Shown in pieces: positions 26,124 through 39,078 of a DNA stretch of 64,000 nucleotides. Source of the stretch: Podarcis cretensis (Eukaryota); NCBI GenBank assembly GCA_951804945.1, contig OX638149.1:85932001-85996000 (forward strand), read 5' to 3'. A program made the position numbers and the translations under genes. Positions within the stretch are counted from its first letter, which is position 1, and each line of letters starts with the position of its first letter. The notes beneath the pieces were generated by a model, which was not told where the DNA came from, made no database searches, and was given only the letters and a program-made list of their open reading frames with translations.

Positions 26124-27547
26124 GGTGTCTTAACAGCAGGAAGACCTGAACCTGGACTTGGCCTTAGTAGTTCTGAGAATAGAGTTACTAACTGGCAGTG
26201 GGTGTCTGTGTTTGGACTGAAATCACCATGACTGACTTGGGGATTGCAGGGGGGTGGGAAGGTTGCAGTTTTTATAAGGTTCTTTTTGAATTTGTACGAC
26301 CTTCCAGTTTTTTAGTGTGTCTTCAGTTCACATAGTATAACGGAACATCTGGCTGGATCTAATTTAGTGGCTGGACAGGCTTTCCCCCTGTATGTTGGGA
26401 TGGGGAACCTGTAGCCCAGCAGACATTGCTGAATTGCAGCTCCAGTCACCCCTGACTATTGAACATGCTGGCTGGGGCTGATGGGAGCTAGAGTCCCAAC
26501 ATCATCTGGAGGGCCACAGCTTTCCCCATCCGTACTGTATCTAAATCCCACCATAGCATTTCTGCCCCTGTTGGTCTACACAACTGACTGCAACCTGCAT
26601 GGGATCAGGACCTTCTCACAGAAAGCATGTGGGTGGCCTGGCGTGGATCCATGGGGGAGAAAGCATTTGCTCCATTGGATGTCAGACCTGGCCCGTGAAA
26701 CAGTTTTATCAGGCTCTTGGCAGCCCTGCCAAATGCTAAGCATGTGGTATGCATTTTGCCCATGGTTTCATATGCAAGGAGAGGAAATTTGTTTGCAAAT
26801 GTTGCGAGATATGTGAGTTATTCCATACTTTAAATGTGATTATTGGGAGGGCGTGTTATAAACAGTGCCCTGTCTGATAGCTACGCAGAGGCTGAATTGT
26901 AAAGCCTGGCCACCTGTGAGGAGGTTGGGCTGTGCATCAAACTATACTTCCGGTTTCCGGACTACTGCCTGGAGAATAGAGTGGTCCCTGAGAACACAGA
27001 ACTTGGCCATCCCTGTGCTACAGCACTGAGCCAGGAGTGTGGGAAACGGCTGTCTATATGTGCCCCTAAAACTGAAGCCTGTCTCTCAAAATGTCCTACT
27101 CGAGCCTCATTTGTGCCGCTTTCCGTATATAAGCCTGTTACTGTCTTGTCGCAATAGCACACAGAACCTTCAAACCATTCCCTATAACTTTTCCCTTTCC
27201 CCTCTTTAATTTCCTGGCTGCAGGCTTAAGATCAGCAAACCTAAACCAGCAGCAAACTTAATGAGGAGCATCTGTACAGAAAGGGCATGCACGTGGAAGT
27301 GTGTGTGTGCGTGCGCATGCACGCGGGTGCGCTTACACACACAGATGTGTGCGAACCCACGGGGCTGGACAGCAGGAGGTCTACCTGTCCGAACTCTGCG
27401 GCTGCCTTGAACTCATCTTATTGTGGGAAAGAAGCCAGTGCTGATATAAGGCACAGTGCAGGCCCAGACTGAGACAGTGGCAAGATTTCCTCTGTTGCCC
27501 ATTTACTGGGCAAGTTGTACTGTACAATGTAGTGCTCACAGTCAAGG

Positions 27548-27700
27548 TTTATGTTATATCCCACTTTTCTTCCATCATGAAACCCAAGGCAGTTGACATG
27601 GGATTCCCAGGTAGTCTCTCATCCAGGCACTGACCAGACCCAAACCTGCTTAGCTTCAGCAAGGAAGTGGTCCAATGTGCCTTCTGACCACAGCCAGACC
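27548..27700 (-). mobile_element. 5S-rRNA-derived SINE fragment
   Basis: Minus-strand gaagctaagcagg..ggtctggtcagtgcctggatgagagactacctgggaat resembles the 5S internal control region. A shorter relic lies at ~16150-16198. Confidence 0.65.
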
Positions 27701-30616
27701 TAGTCTCGTTTCTATCTAGTGTGCCATTTTCCCTAGATGAAAGTTGTGTGGGGCAACCCCAGTAGCTTGTGGCAGCACTCAAATGGGTGAAGGTGTGCTT
27801 GTACACCAACTCAAGACTGGCTTTCCAGTCCTCAGGTGTGAAACCTATGAAGTAGCCATCAGGAAGACAGTGGCTTAGATTGCATGCTAGGGTATATTGT
27901 CCTCAAAGGGCTCCAGGCACCCTTCGTTTTAGGTATTAAGCAACGTGGCTGTTAAAAGTATTATGTTTCTGAATAGGACTGTTACATGCATGAATTTAGT
28001 GCGCATCCTGTCTCATACCTTACTATCCTTACACTGACTGTTTACATTCTGTCTGTTTACTAGTTATATATAGCCACACTGTTATACTAAGCAAGCCCCA
28101 TCTCAAACAGATTTCTACCCTTCTCACGCACTGAAATTAATTCCATCCCCCACTTTTGTTCTGAGCAGGGCAAGAGCTTACTCAGATGCTGCCATTCGCA
28201 AGAGGGGACATCCTTATGCACACAACCATGTGTGTGCTTTTTCAAAAGCGCATCCCAAGGTGTCCCACTAAGCCACCGGACAGTACAATAAAACACTTTG
28301 ACTCCTAAGAAGAGAAGGACAAGAGTAGTTGGCCTTTCCACACGCAGTTCACAGCAATGATTTTGCTATGCATCAACACCAGGAACAAAACTCATTCAAA
28401 GCTGACACTTTTGGGGGCTCTTAATGTCTTTGCCAACTTGGGATGGACAGTTGGAAATGGAAAATAAGCCAATAGTAAAGGCTCCCAGCCCCATTACCTC
28501 TGAGCAGCAAATTTAATGAGGAGCATCTGTAGGGAAAGGAGATGCATTGGTGTGGCCATGGACATGCATATGGATGTACATGGCTGTTTTGAGCATGAGG
28601 AGTATGTATGGTCCTTAACTAGGGAGTGTATTCCAATCTACATATGGCTCCATAACATGCCTGGATACTTTCCCTGGGATAGTCCCAGCCTCTCTTTTGA
28701 GATGCTCCCTCCATAACAGTGATCTTGTGTTCCAGCCAACTTTTTATCCCTGCACATATAAGCTAAGGTTGACCTTCCTATGAGTACAGTGGACCTGCAG
28801 CCATGGTATTCCACAGCATAGAGCCTTTTCAGGTGTGACGGTTGGCTGTCTGTTTGGAGGACGGGCTCCCACATCCCCTCTTGCACACAACAGGGGGCCG
28901 TGTTGCATGCTGCTTGCCAGCCTGCCCTGGTGCCCAACTATGTAGCAGGCAAACAGGGTTCAATTCGTTTCCAAAGACATCATCCCTCTAGATAATCTCA
29001 CATGCATGCACAAGTAAAGAAGACGTGTGTTTTGTGGGATCTGTGCCATTTCCCAGCACACCATTGCCCTTTCTAGTCACACCTACCCCATTCAGTTCCC
29101 TCCTGCGCAGCATCCTCCCCCCCCCCCACACGCTACCCAACTCTAAGCAGCTTTCTGCCTTAAAGCAAAAAGAGCCAACAAATGGCACTTTGACAGCCTA
29201 TCAGCCCAATGTATTGCTGGGTAGGATCCCTCTCTAATTTGGGCTGTTCTGGAGAGAAATCCCTTAAAAAGATGCCTAGTCTCAAGCTGATAGCTGCAGC
29301 TGCTGGATGGGAGTGATAGAACCATTTGCGTCTATCAGTTTTAGCTCTATTCTCTCCCTCCCTGCCTGCGCTGCCCCCCTCCCATGCCTTTTCACTTTTC
29401 CTGGCTATCTCAGCCAAGGAGCAGAATTGACCAGCAGTAAAGAGACCCAAGCCGATAGACAGCATCTTTCCCCAACAGACCTAGCAGTGAGAATTTGGGC
29501 TGTTGTTCATTTGAGACATGAAAGAGCAAGTTCTGCGTATGCCTGTCTACTGGTCTCCTCGGCCTCACATTTTCCGGCATATCCCCCTCCACATTCCCTG
29601 CTTTGCCTTTTCCAGCATCCAGGCAAGGGAGAAAAAATCCCAAAGATTTTTCTGTTTTTGTTTTGCTTTGTTTGTTTGCTCTTTCTTTTTAAAATAGCTG
29701 ACTCTGTGGGAGCAAGAGACTCCCCTCTCCCCCAAACAGCGTGATTGTCAAAAGAGCCAGTCCAGGAAACAAACCACTTTTGACCTTTTAAGGCTTGTTT
29801 TTACATTTTTATTTTATTTTAAACACAAGCCCTCTCCCAGAAAGCCTGGGGTGTTGTCTGCAAAACACAAAACCCCCATTGCTTATAAAAATTACACCCT
29901 GCAGGAAAAAGTTCTCTCATTCCAAGTAATCGCGCCCCCCTCCGCAACTCCTTTCCAACCTTTTCAAAGTAACAGCAAGAAAAGTTTTGTTAACCGGCTG
30001 CAAATGTTAAAACTCTAAGGATTAACAACAACAGCAACAAAAACCCCTAACATTATTTAGGAAGACTGGACACTTCCTAGGGTTTTGTGCCCCCCCTCCA
30101 TCCGCCGGAGCAAAGGACGTTTCCTCGTTCTTTGCAGAAAAAAACTTGTTTCAGGGTGGTTCCCCCCTCCCCTTTCACTTCTCCTGTTCTTTGTTTAAAA
30201 ACAAACAAACAAACCTTTATTTTGGTAACCAAACATACTTTCTTTCTGTGCTGGGGCAGCACTTAAAGCACGACAAGGGGGGTGGTAACCCTTTATAGCC
30301 CTTGTCTAAAATGCTGGTGACTTTGATTTTCCTCTGTCAGTTTTGGATGTTATTCCCTTACTAAGCAGCGTCTCTCTCTCCCCTTCTCTCTCTCTCTCCC
30401 CCCCCCCCCCCAGTAATCACAAACATGCATGAAAAAGAGAGAAGGGGGGGGGGCAAAGGGAAAGTCTTAAATCAGTCCCAAAGCCAGACAGACGTTTTAA
30501 TCAAATCAAATTAGAATCAGCAGCGGTTTTGGGGTGGGGGGAAGATGAGGCGCATGGCAAGAACCCCCCGCCGCCCCATCCCCCCTCTCAAAACTGAATG
30601 AGATGCGAGCCCTTAC

Positions 30617-30644
30617 CTGGACCCCCCCCAGCAACACATAGCAT
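30617..30644 (-). CDS. CLCF1: Candidate alternative first coding exon of CLCF1, MLCVAGGGP(G)
   Basis: ATG CTA TGT GTT GCT GGG GGG GGT CCA G|GTAAGG has a strong donor, the same phase 1 as the MELRAG exon, and CpG-rich surroundings. Confidence 0.55.
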
Positions 30645-31597
30645 AGTAGACTCAGAGTTTGGGCTGGGGGCGACGCTGCGGGTTAGCAGGCAAACGGTTT
30701 TGTTCCGAAGCTCCTGGCGCAGAGTGAAAAAATTGCCTTTCTCCCCGGCTGGCTCTGCCCCCGGTTCCGTTCCTTTTTCTCCCTCCCCCCTTTTCCCTAT
30801 TTGTTTTGGTTTGTGTTTGCTGGGTGTTAGGTGGGAAAAGTTGTCTGTACGCTTTTTTTTTTTGGTATGTGTGCAAAGTTTTCACCACTCTCTGTCTGTC
30901 TCTCTCTCACTCTCTCTCCTCTTCCACCTCCCGTGATTTGCTCTTTTGATTGGTGTCCAGGAATGTAAGAATATAAAAAAGAAAAAGGGGGAAAAAGTGC
31001 ATACACCCTCTCTCGAAGCGGCTGCCTTTCCTTTTTCCCTCCCTTCCTTTTTTTTAAATCAAGTGTTAAGCAGAACCAGGTTGCTTTCAAGAATGTATTT
31101 GATGCAATTGTATACAAGCGGAGGGTCATTCATTTCTTTCTCCTTCTCTCTCTCCCCCCCCACCTCTCCACCCCACATTTGCCACCCACCTCAACATACC
31201 CCACTGCAGCTCTTCAAACTTTGGGGTGGGGAGGGGCAAGAGAAAGGTAAAGGAGCCAGCAGTATGCATTTCCCTCAAAGTAAAGAAGGAAGCGGGAGAA
31301 AACTTTTGTTTTGTTTTGTTAAAGAACTATCCAGAGGAAATGCCAGCCCACCATACCCCACCCTAACCCCCTCCCAACCCCGCTCTCTAGATCTCTGGAT
31401 GCTGCCAAGATTTGCTAGTGGCATTTTTTAACAAAAAAAAAAGAAGAAGAAGAAAAAGAAGAAGGGGGGTCTTCCAGTAAATGCTGGAGAAATGGAACGT
31501 GTTTGTGAGGGCTCAGTTGAGGTTCTCAGTGGGGAGAGGTGGGCTGGCTTCCCTGCGCAGGAGGGGAGGCCTGCAGAAAGGTACCCGGGACTCCTAC

Positions 31598-31613
31598 CTG
31601 CTCTGAGCTCCAT
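31598..31613 (-). CDS. CLCF1: CLCF1 (cardiotrophin-like cytokine factor 1) first coding exon, MELRA(G); partial gene, remaining exons not in window
   Basis: ATG GAG CTC AGA GCA G|GTAGGA is a 16-nt phase-1 exon matching the mammalian CLCF1 N-terminus MDLRAG. It is head-to-head with RAD9A as at human 11q13.2 and sits in a GC-rich promoter-like region. Confidence 0.8.
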
Positions 31614-34600
31614 CTGGTTAAAGCCCCAGTCCGGCGCAGCCCTTGAAGGTAGGTGTGTGGCTGGATGCTTCCTTTCGCCGAGGGGTCTGCATGGAGTCTG
31701 CTGCCTCCTTTATTCTGGGCCAGGATTAATAATCCCATTTGCCAATCCCACTCACTAGGGTTTGGTTGTGGGTTTGGTTTTTGTGTGTGTGTGTGGTTTG
31801 TTGTTGTTTTTTAATTTGGTGAAGATATTCACGAAACCTTCCCTTCTACCCCCCCCTTTCCTCCTTTCTGACGTGTAAAGCTTTAACCACAAAGCAAAGC
31901 CCAGTCCCAGAGGGTGGGAGTATGTGGGGGGGCATGGGGGGAGGAGGAGAGGCACCGCAGATTGGCTCCTCTCCCCTACAAAGAGACAAGGCGAGGTGAG
32001 TGTGTGAAGCCACCCTGTCTCGGGCTGAAATGCCAGATTTGGAAAAGGGAGGTGGAGGGAGATGGGGGGGGGGGAGGAAGATGGGGGGGGAAGGGGTGGG
32101 GATAGACGGGAGAAACTGACCCATTCTCTTTCTCCACTTCTTTCGCCTTTCCTCATGCTTCCCGTTCTGACTCCCTGCAGTACTTGCCTGTCAAAGAATC
32201 CCCTTGGCCCAGACTTTTGGCCCGGTCTGCGGCAGGCTTTTTGACATCCGCGCCCCAGCCAAGTGCCAAGCAACTGGGGCCAGCGGCTGCCTTCCCACTG
32301 CCCTTTTGCAGGAAACAAAACACAATGGCTTGCCAGTGGGTTGTTGTCGGATGCTTGTCCCATTCTCACAATCGGAGTGGTGGCGTTTAGTCACCAGCAG
32401 GTGACTAAACCTCCAGGCGACAGATGTCATGAAAGGCTGATGTAGGAGTGAGTACCGAGAGATAGTTTGCTCAGCAGGCAGGCAGTCAAGGGCATTGGTA
32501 AGGGGGCCTTTTGTATCTTTCTCTTCGCCCAGAAAAAAAAATTCATACACATTTGTCTCTCATTCATCCCAGTGTTCTTCCTTCCGTTCCTTTGTGTGTT
32601 TGTGTGTAATATATACATATATAGGTTCTGATCGTAATTCATTAATCAGCAAAAGTCAGTCTTATTTCAACACAAGGCTTGTGACTCAGCACTCTGCTTT
32701 CCAACTTTAGGGGCAACCTCCCTTACGCTAGATGGACTCATTGGAAAGGGGCTCTGATGAGGAAACAGGGGAGGCTGCAAAAGCGTTCAGGAGGTTGTTT
32801 GAAGGGGGGCATTAGGTTTGCTGCAGAGGAAGTATTCCTTTAAAAATAGCCATGCAAGTGATATGTATGGGAATGGAAATGTTAATACTGAAGTGATAGC
32901 AGCACCCTACTTAATGAAAGATAGTGTTGAATCTCGCATAGAACCCTTACAACTTAGCATAGCTTTCCCCACCCCACCAGTTCTGAGCACTGGTTTGGTT
33001 CTTCATATTTGTCCACTTAGTATACACTGATATGCCCCATTCATCGGGGTTTGCACACATGTAACCATGCAAGCAAGCAATTTTTTTGACAGGCCCCAGT
33101 TCTGCAGACATTGCAGATGCAACATCTCCGTTAGCAAATTCTCAGCATAAGTGGTTCTGATCCAGCAAACCTCCACTGCATTAGTTTGGGTGTTTGCATT
33201 CTGTCCCTTCTGCTACCCAGTTGCTGAGCTCTGGGATCCGTGTAGAAGTTGTTTTTTGTTGGGGCTTTTGAGCTGTGTTGAAATGTATTTTCCCCCACCC
33301 CATGTTGCTTAAAAAAGTTATCTGACAAAAGAAATTCTCTCTTTGAATTTAAATGGCTAAGAAATTGTTTATTTTCAATTACCCTTCCTTTGATTAGGAC
33401 TGACTTTGCTGATGGGAGTCTTTCTAACTAGATGAGGACTTTGGAAATAAACTTCACATTTAAAATAAACTATCAAATGTTATTAAAGCTGGCATGTCAG
33501 GTATATAGCAAAAATGAAGGAAAAAAGGAACCAAAGCTTGTTTATTCACATTACTAAATATTTACATATTTTGCAAACAAGAAAAGCAAGGGAGAGAAGG
33601 GCTTTGTGCTGTACAAGGAAATCCAATCACTTCATCCAAAATTAATTGCGTTCGTGAATATATATGTTTTTTCATTGTTAAAACCTGACTCGTTATTTAC
33701 ATGGAAAAACTATTATAGGGCTTTGAACGTTAGGAAAGAGGGGTTGGGGGACGTATTCCTTTTTTCCCCTTGCAGGCTTTCGCGCAGTGCTTTGTGTAAA
33801 AACAAAGGCACTCACAGACACAACTAATTTTAGCATTTCCAGCCTCCAAGAGCCTTGTGCCTTCAAAAGGTGAAATTTAGCATTTTTCTCAAATGTAGTC
33901 CGAGTTTGAACCACTCAGCATTTTAAGTCTTATAAAATGTTTTAAGCTGTGAATTCATCGGCTTTCCATTCTTTATTTAAAGTAACTATTCACTTAACTG
34001 TTTCACACACCCATTTATTTCTTAGTCATTGGAGATTTATGTACCTCCAATAAGGGCCAAGGTGAACTGATATTTCTTTTGTGTACAGAATAAATAAATC
34101 TAAGGTAAGCAGCAGCAGTCCAATTTATATATTTACAAGAAACTGAGTCCTGCACAATGCGCTGCCTTTTCTTTTTGTCTAGACACAAGTTTACATGTTT
34201 GTAAAATGCGTAGAGGTTTTCAGGCACATCGCTGCCTAGTCCTTGTTCCATGCTGTGTTTTCTTGAGCCTGCTGCAAAAGAGTGCAAAATTAGTTGAAAT
34301 GGGCTTTGAGGGTTGTATGAGGGAAGGTGCAGTGTGGGACCTAGAAAGGCATATCCCAAGTTGTGAGTTTTTGGTTCTTGAGCTAAAAAAGAGATGCTTC
34401 TATTTGAAGATAAATTTCTTTTCTAGCAGATAAACTCTGAACCTTGAACTTCTAGATTTGATTTGATTTTTATTTTATTTACAAAGGGGCATTTGGGAAG
34501 CTTGGAGCGTAAAAGACACCCATCATGTGCCAAGGACGTGTGAAAAATAAGTGACCTGTGTTTTGTCCTCCTGTATTAAAAATGCTCTAGAGCAACAGCC

Positions 34601-34791
34601 AGCCCTTGAAATCAGAAGGATCCTATAAAACAAATTGTGACTGCCAGTCTTAGCTAGAACTGACCACATGCCGTGAAAATGCTAGTATGCAGTAGCAGCC
34701 AAGGAAATTTCAAAAAAAGGTTTGAAAATTAATAGTGAAGGGGTTCACAACATGCTTGTTTCCCAGTACATATAAGCATATTCCTTTACAA

Positions 34792-34929
34792 CAGGGCTGG
34801 GAGACCCTGTGGTCCTTCAGACGTTGCTGGACTACAACTCTCATCATCCTTGGCCATTGGCCATGCTGGCTGGGGCTGGTGGGAGTTGGAGTCCAGCAGC
34901 ATCTGGAGGGCCAAGGGTCCCCCAGCCCT
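34792..34929. mobile_element. Squamate palindromic ~140-bp MITE (ggactacaactcccatc...gatgggagttgtagtcc family)
   Basis: Hairpin-type element. Further copies at ~24800-24937, 25680-25788, 26395-26532, 38228-38373, 43725-43835, 47755-47860, 55036-55160 and 55740-55870. Confidence 0.75.
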
Positions 34930-35331
34930 ACTTTTACAATATAGTATTTTCACATTCCATGAAACATGGTGGAATAGAGACCCGGATCTAGATCACAGTT
35001 CATCAACTTCCCGTCCTGAATAAGCAGTAGTTGGGTCCAGAAATGTAGACGAGAGGCATGCCCAAAGCACACAGTGGGAATTTACAGACTGAAAGAGCAG
35101 CAGCTGTGTCATATGACCAGATTACAAAACTTGCGAAGACAATTTGCATCCTTTGGGTCGTTATGGGTTATGTGAGTTGTAATTTGGTACATCAGAACCT
35201 GGGGCAGAGCCACTCTGAATAGGAGAAAGGGCACACGTACCTTAAGAGATTTGCATTCCAGATTAACAGCCAGGCCTGTTTGGTGACTGCAGCTGACCCA
35301 AAGTGGACATTATTTTGCCTTACAAGACTAA

Positions 35332-35594
35332 GGGCTCATCCACATTTTGCTTATCCCGGGTTTGAGTGGTTTTCTGCTTGTCTCGTGCTTTCTAGGCATG
35401 GCACGGGTATGAGCAGTTTACCATTTGCCCCTTTGCTTTCCCCGGGAACACCAGTTCTTTACAGCTGAATTGGAGAAAATGTCAGTCCTTGGGAAACCTA
35501 ATTGACATTTACTCTGATTCGGTGATAAAGAGAGGGTTTTCCTCGGGGGGGGGGGGCGGGGAGCAGTGGAACAAGGGCAAGTGTGGATGAGTCC
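35332..35594. mobile_element. PIF/Harbinger-type MITE
   Basis: TIR GGGCTCATCCACA / TGTGGATGAGTCC with TAA target duplication (35329-35331, 35595-35597). Confidence 0.75.
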
Positions 35595-38500
35595 TAACAC
35601 ATTTGACCGTAGGTACTAATTCTAACCATTGTGGAAGCCAAAAGACAAGGGGAGCCCCTTTTGCTCTCCAAAAAAATACTTGCTTCTCACAGGCAGCTTC
35701 CTTCTTAAGGCTTAAAATAATACAAATTTCTCCTCTGCCAAAAGATGTATATTCAAGTGTTCCAGGAATTGTACTTTAAAAAAGCAACCTAACCCTAATT
35801 GTGTGGTTGGGAAATACATATTAGTGTATATTTTGTGAGCTTTGTTCTCGTAAGTTTTCTTTTTCAGAACTATTGGTGAGGAATGACATATACAGGACAC
35901 TGAGAATGTGGGGGAGCATTGGCTGGAGTTTGAGGAGTTATACAGAATGAAGCTCCACTTCCTGGCCACTTTAACCCACCCACAGATTACCCTGGTTTTA
36001 CAACAGATTCTGCCTTCACATTTTAAGTGTCGTTCTACAACCGTGAGGTCTCAAAACATACTTTTTTAAAAGTGAGATTTTTAGGGTTCTGGCTGGAACA
36101 CAGATGTTTCCCTGAAGCCAGAGCCACTTCAGATGTTATAAAACTGGGGGAATAGACAGACAGGAAGCACGAGAGTGATGCTTTTTTTGCTCCTGCAGTT
36201 CTCTGTTGTCATCTCAAATAGAACTTTTAAATTTCACCCTCTTGGGGAGTTGCAGAAATGCCCACGGTTCCATTTCAGCTTATTCATTTCATTGCAGCAA
36301 ATGTGCATGTGTGAAAAGTCTACTTTGGATAATATGGGGGGGTGGGGGGGGACATTAGGAAGCAGGCACGTAAACCCTAACCGTAGAAGCCTCTCTATGT
36401 TATGTAGATGGTTATATGCCTTGACAAAAGGACTACTCCTGCAGCATTGTCAGTGTGCTGTTTAGTTGATATATGCTCCCTTGCTAATTAATGTGGAGTA
36501 AATACCATCCTTGCTTGTTGATTTTTATTATCCCAGCCATTAAAAAGACTGATCAAGATTGCTTCATGTGGCAACTCTTAAAAGATTTGAAAAACAAGCT
36601 TGAGTAAAGATAAAGTGCTTTAACGCTTTGCCTTTCTGCATTAAGTGATCTTGTGAATGTCTCGTTAGGTCTGCTAAACTGATCCAGCTTGGATCTGACA
36701 GCCAGATACATATAAATTCTGTTTGCTCTTTGCCTTTGCCTCAGGCAGTCTTCCATCTCCTCAGCATTCCTGGACCACATTCACACAGTTACTTTAACCA
36801 GCCATTTGCTGTGCTTAATGCTTCCTAACTCCTGTACTATTCACACTTTGAACGCAGCAGTAGGAAGAGTACAGATCCCACTTTTAATACCATACTTCTT
36901 GTTCCTTACATCTGCAGGAATATTGTGGAAATAAAACTTTCTTTCCCCCCTTTCCAGGGTGCCTCTTGACAACTGCAGAAATTACAGCTTAATTGCCCTC
37001 TAGGAAGTAGAGTTAAGAGGAATTCTGGGATACCTGCACATGACATCACTGAATGGGATCTCCTGGGGCATTAGGTAGTCTATTTCTTAAAATGCATATT
37101 AATTGTACAGAAATCAAAGTACGGTTTTTAGAACTCAGAAGTACCTAACGTTGCTTTTGTGGTACTCTTGTAAATGCCACCAAAAGCAGTTCCGACTCTC
37201 TTTCCTCCCACAGCAATGAATTGTGGCCGACTCCAGTTTGCATGTCCAAGCACCCCTTTAATGAGGAGGTGATCAGTTAAAGGCTTTCTTCTCTTTTCAA
37301 TCTCAATTAAATAACCACCAAGCATCCTGCCATCTTGCATCCTGCCATCTTCAGCGCTTTCGTGAACTCCTTTCTATTCCTTCCTGCTGCCCATTTTTAA
37401 AATCTCTTCAGCCATTTTCTTGAAGTATTGGTACTTTGTGCCATGGAATGCACTTTGCCTCCTTACCAGAAAAGTGAGATATCCTCATTTCAGATTGAGA
37501 TGTAGGTCAGAAAGGGACTTGCCCAAATCTGCCAGGGACGTGTCAGAGTGAAGATTCCCCATATGTCAGGCGGGTGCTCTGGCCTTTTGAGATGTCCTTC
37601 CAGAGAGCAGCAGGAAGTCCCTCGACCCCACAGCCACCCTTCTGATCACTCCTGGCAGACCAGAGATTCTTCCATGGACTGTTAAAGTTTTAGAAGTTTT
37701 GAAGGCTTCTTCTTCTCTGGCCTTCTCATGAAGATATCAGCCTCTGCGGGTCGTGTCCTTGCTCGACACTTAGCCCAATCCCTGGCATGAGGCCGAGCCA
37801 TTCCTTACATGGAAGCATAGGGTACCACCTGGTTCACAAAGTCCTGGCAGGCTGCCTAGCTCTACCATTGGCAGCCCTGCCTCTCTCACCTCCCTCCCCC
37901 TACCCTGCTGCATCACAGGAAGCACTGTGGGTGGTTTTGAGCTCACTAGAGAGGGGTGAGTCCTTCCCCCAATCTCTAGAGGCGCCAGCACTAGCCAAAC
38001 CTCCCACTGCCAATGTTTGATTGAGCTCCTTCCCAGCCTCTCCCCCCCCCCCCCACTTCCCCAATAGCTATTCTTATTGAGTGGTTTGTTGTTTTGGCAA
38101 AGGTTTAAATAAGGGCAGTGGGACAGGAGAATCATATAACATTTCTGGCTCTTCCGTCAGCCTGCAGTGATATCACTAGGAAGATCCCACAGGCATCAGG
38201 CTGAAATCCTAGCTGTTAGTACTGTAAACCAGCCTTCCCCAACCTGGTGCCCTCCAGATGTTTTGGACTACAACTCCCATCAGCCTGTGCCTGATGCTCT
38301 CCAGCACACACAGGCTGTGGCTGATGGGAGTTTTAGTCTGAAATGTCTGGGGAGCTCCAGGTTGGCGAAAGTTGCTGCAAACCCTAGCAATGGCTGCTGG
38401 TTCTATTCTCCATGCTATAAATATATGCTGATGTCACAGAAAGATGCTGCTCTCTTCTCTTCCAGCCCTTCCCCTCTTGCCTCTCATTCATTCCTTGCTC

Positions 38501-38894
38501 CCGCTCCACCACATGCCTGTGCTGTCTTCCCACAGCTGCTCTTTTCAAGTTCATAACCCTCTCGCTCGAGGTTCCCCTCTTACCTGTTTCCTATCCATCC
38601 ACTAAAGGGATTGGCAAAGGAGTTGACTCTGTGACAGGGAAATGACATCATGGGATTTTATAAGCTGACATTCCAAAGTGATTAATGGGGTTGGGTGCTC
38701 CACAGACTTATCATTTCATGTTCTTTTGGCAATCCTGGACAGGAACCACCATTGGTCACATTTGTGATGTGCTGGGAGCTTTGCTCTACCTACAGCCACA
38801 AGTAAAGTGAATACAGTGAATGCTAAAAAGATAATATACCTTTGTCATGGTGTTAAGACTTTTACTTGTAACACACAGTGAGCACTATGATCAT

Positions 38895-39078
38895 GGGAAG
38901 CTGCCTTATACAAAGTCAGACCACTGGCTCATTCAGTTCAGTACTGTCAACACAGACCAGCAGTAGGTCTCCGGGATTTCATGCAGGAGTCTCTCCCAGC
39001 CGTAGCTGGAGATAACCAGGGATTGAACATGGGACCTTTCGTATGCAAACCATGTGCTATGCCATTGAGCTATGGCAC
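38895..39078 (-). mobile_element. tRNA-derived SINE with CR1-like tail
   Basis: The minus strand begins ccatagctcaatggcatagcac...catgttcaatccctgg, a tRNA-like head. Confidence 0.7.

Larger units (their letters stand above)
29700..32450 (-). promoter_or_regulatory. CLCF1: CLCF1 promoter / 5' regulatory region
   Basis: Lacks recognisable TEs, is GC-, CpG- and homopolymer-rich, and surrounds both first exons. G-tracts at 32040-32105. Confidence 0.6.

Noticed and set aside
16150-27700. 5S rRNA-like sequences
   Set aside because: Partial and diverged, the 27.6 kb copy with a SINE-type tail; SINE relics, not rRNA genes.
37322-37351. 15-bp tandem duplication GCATCCTGCCATCTT x2
   Set aside because: Ordinary slippage duplication with no functional cue.
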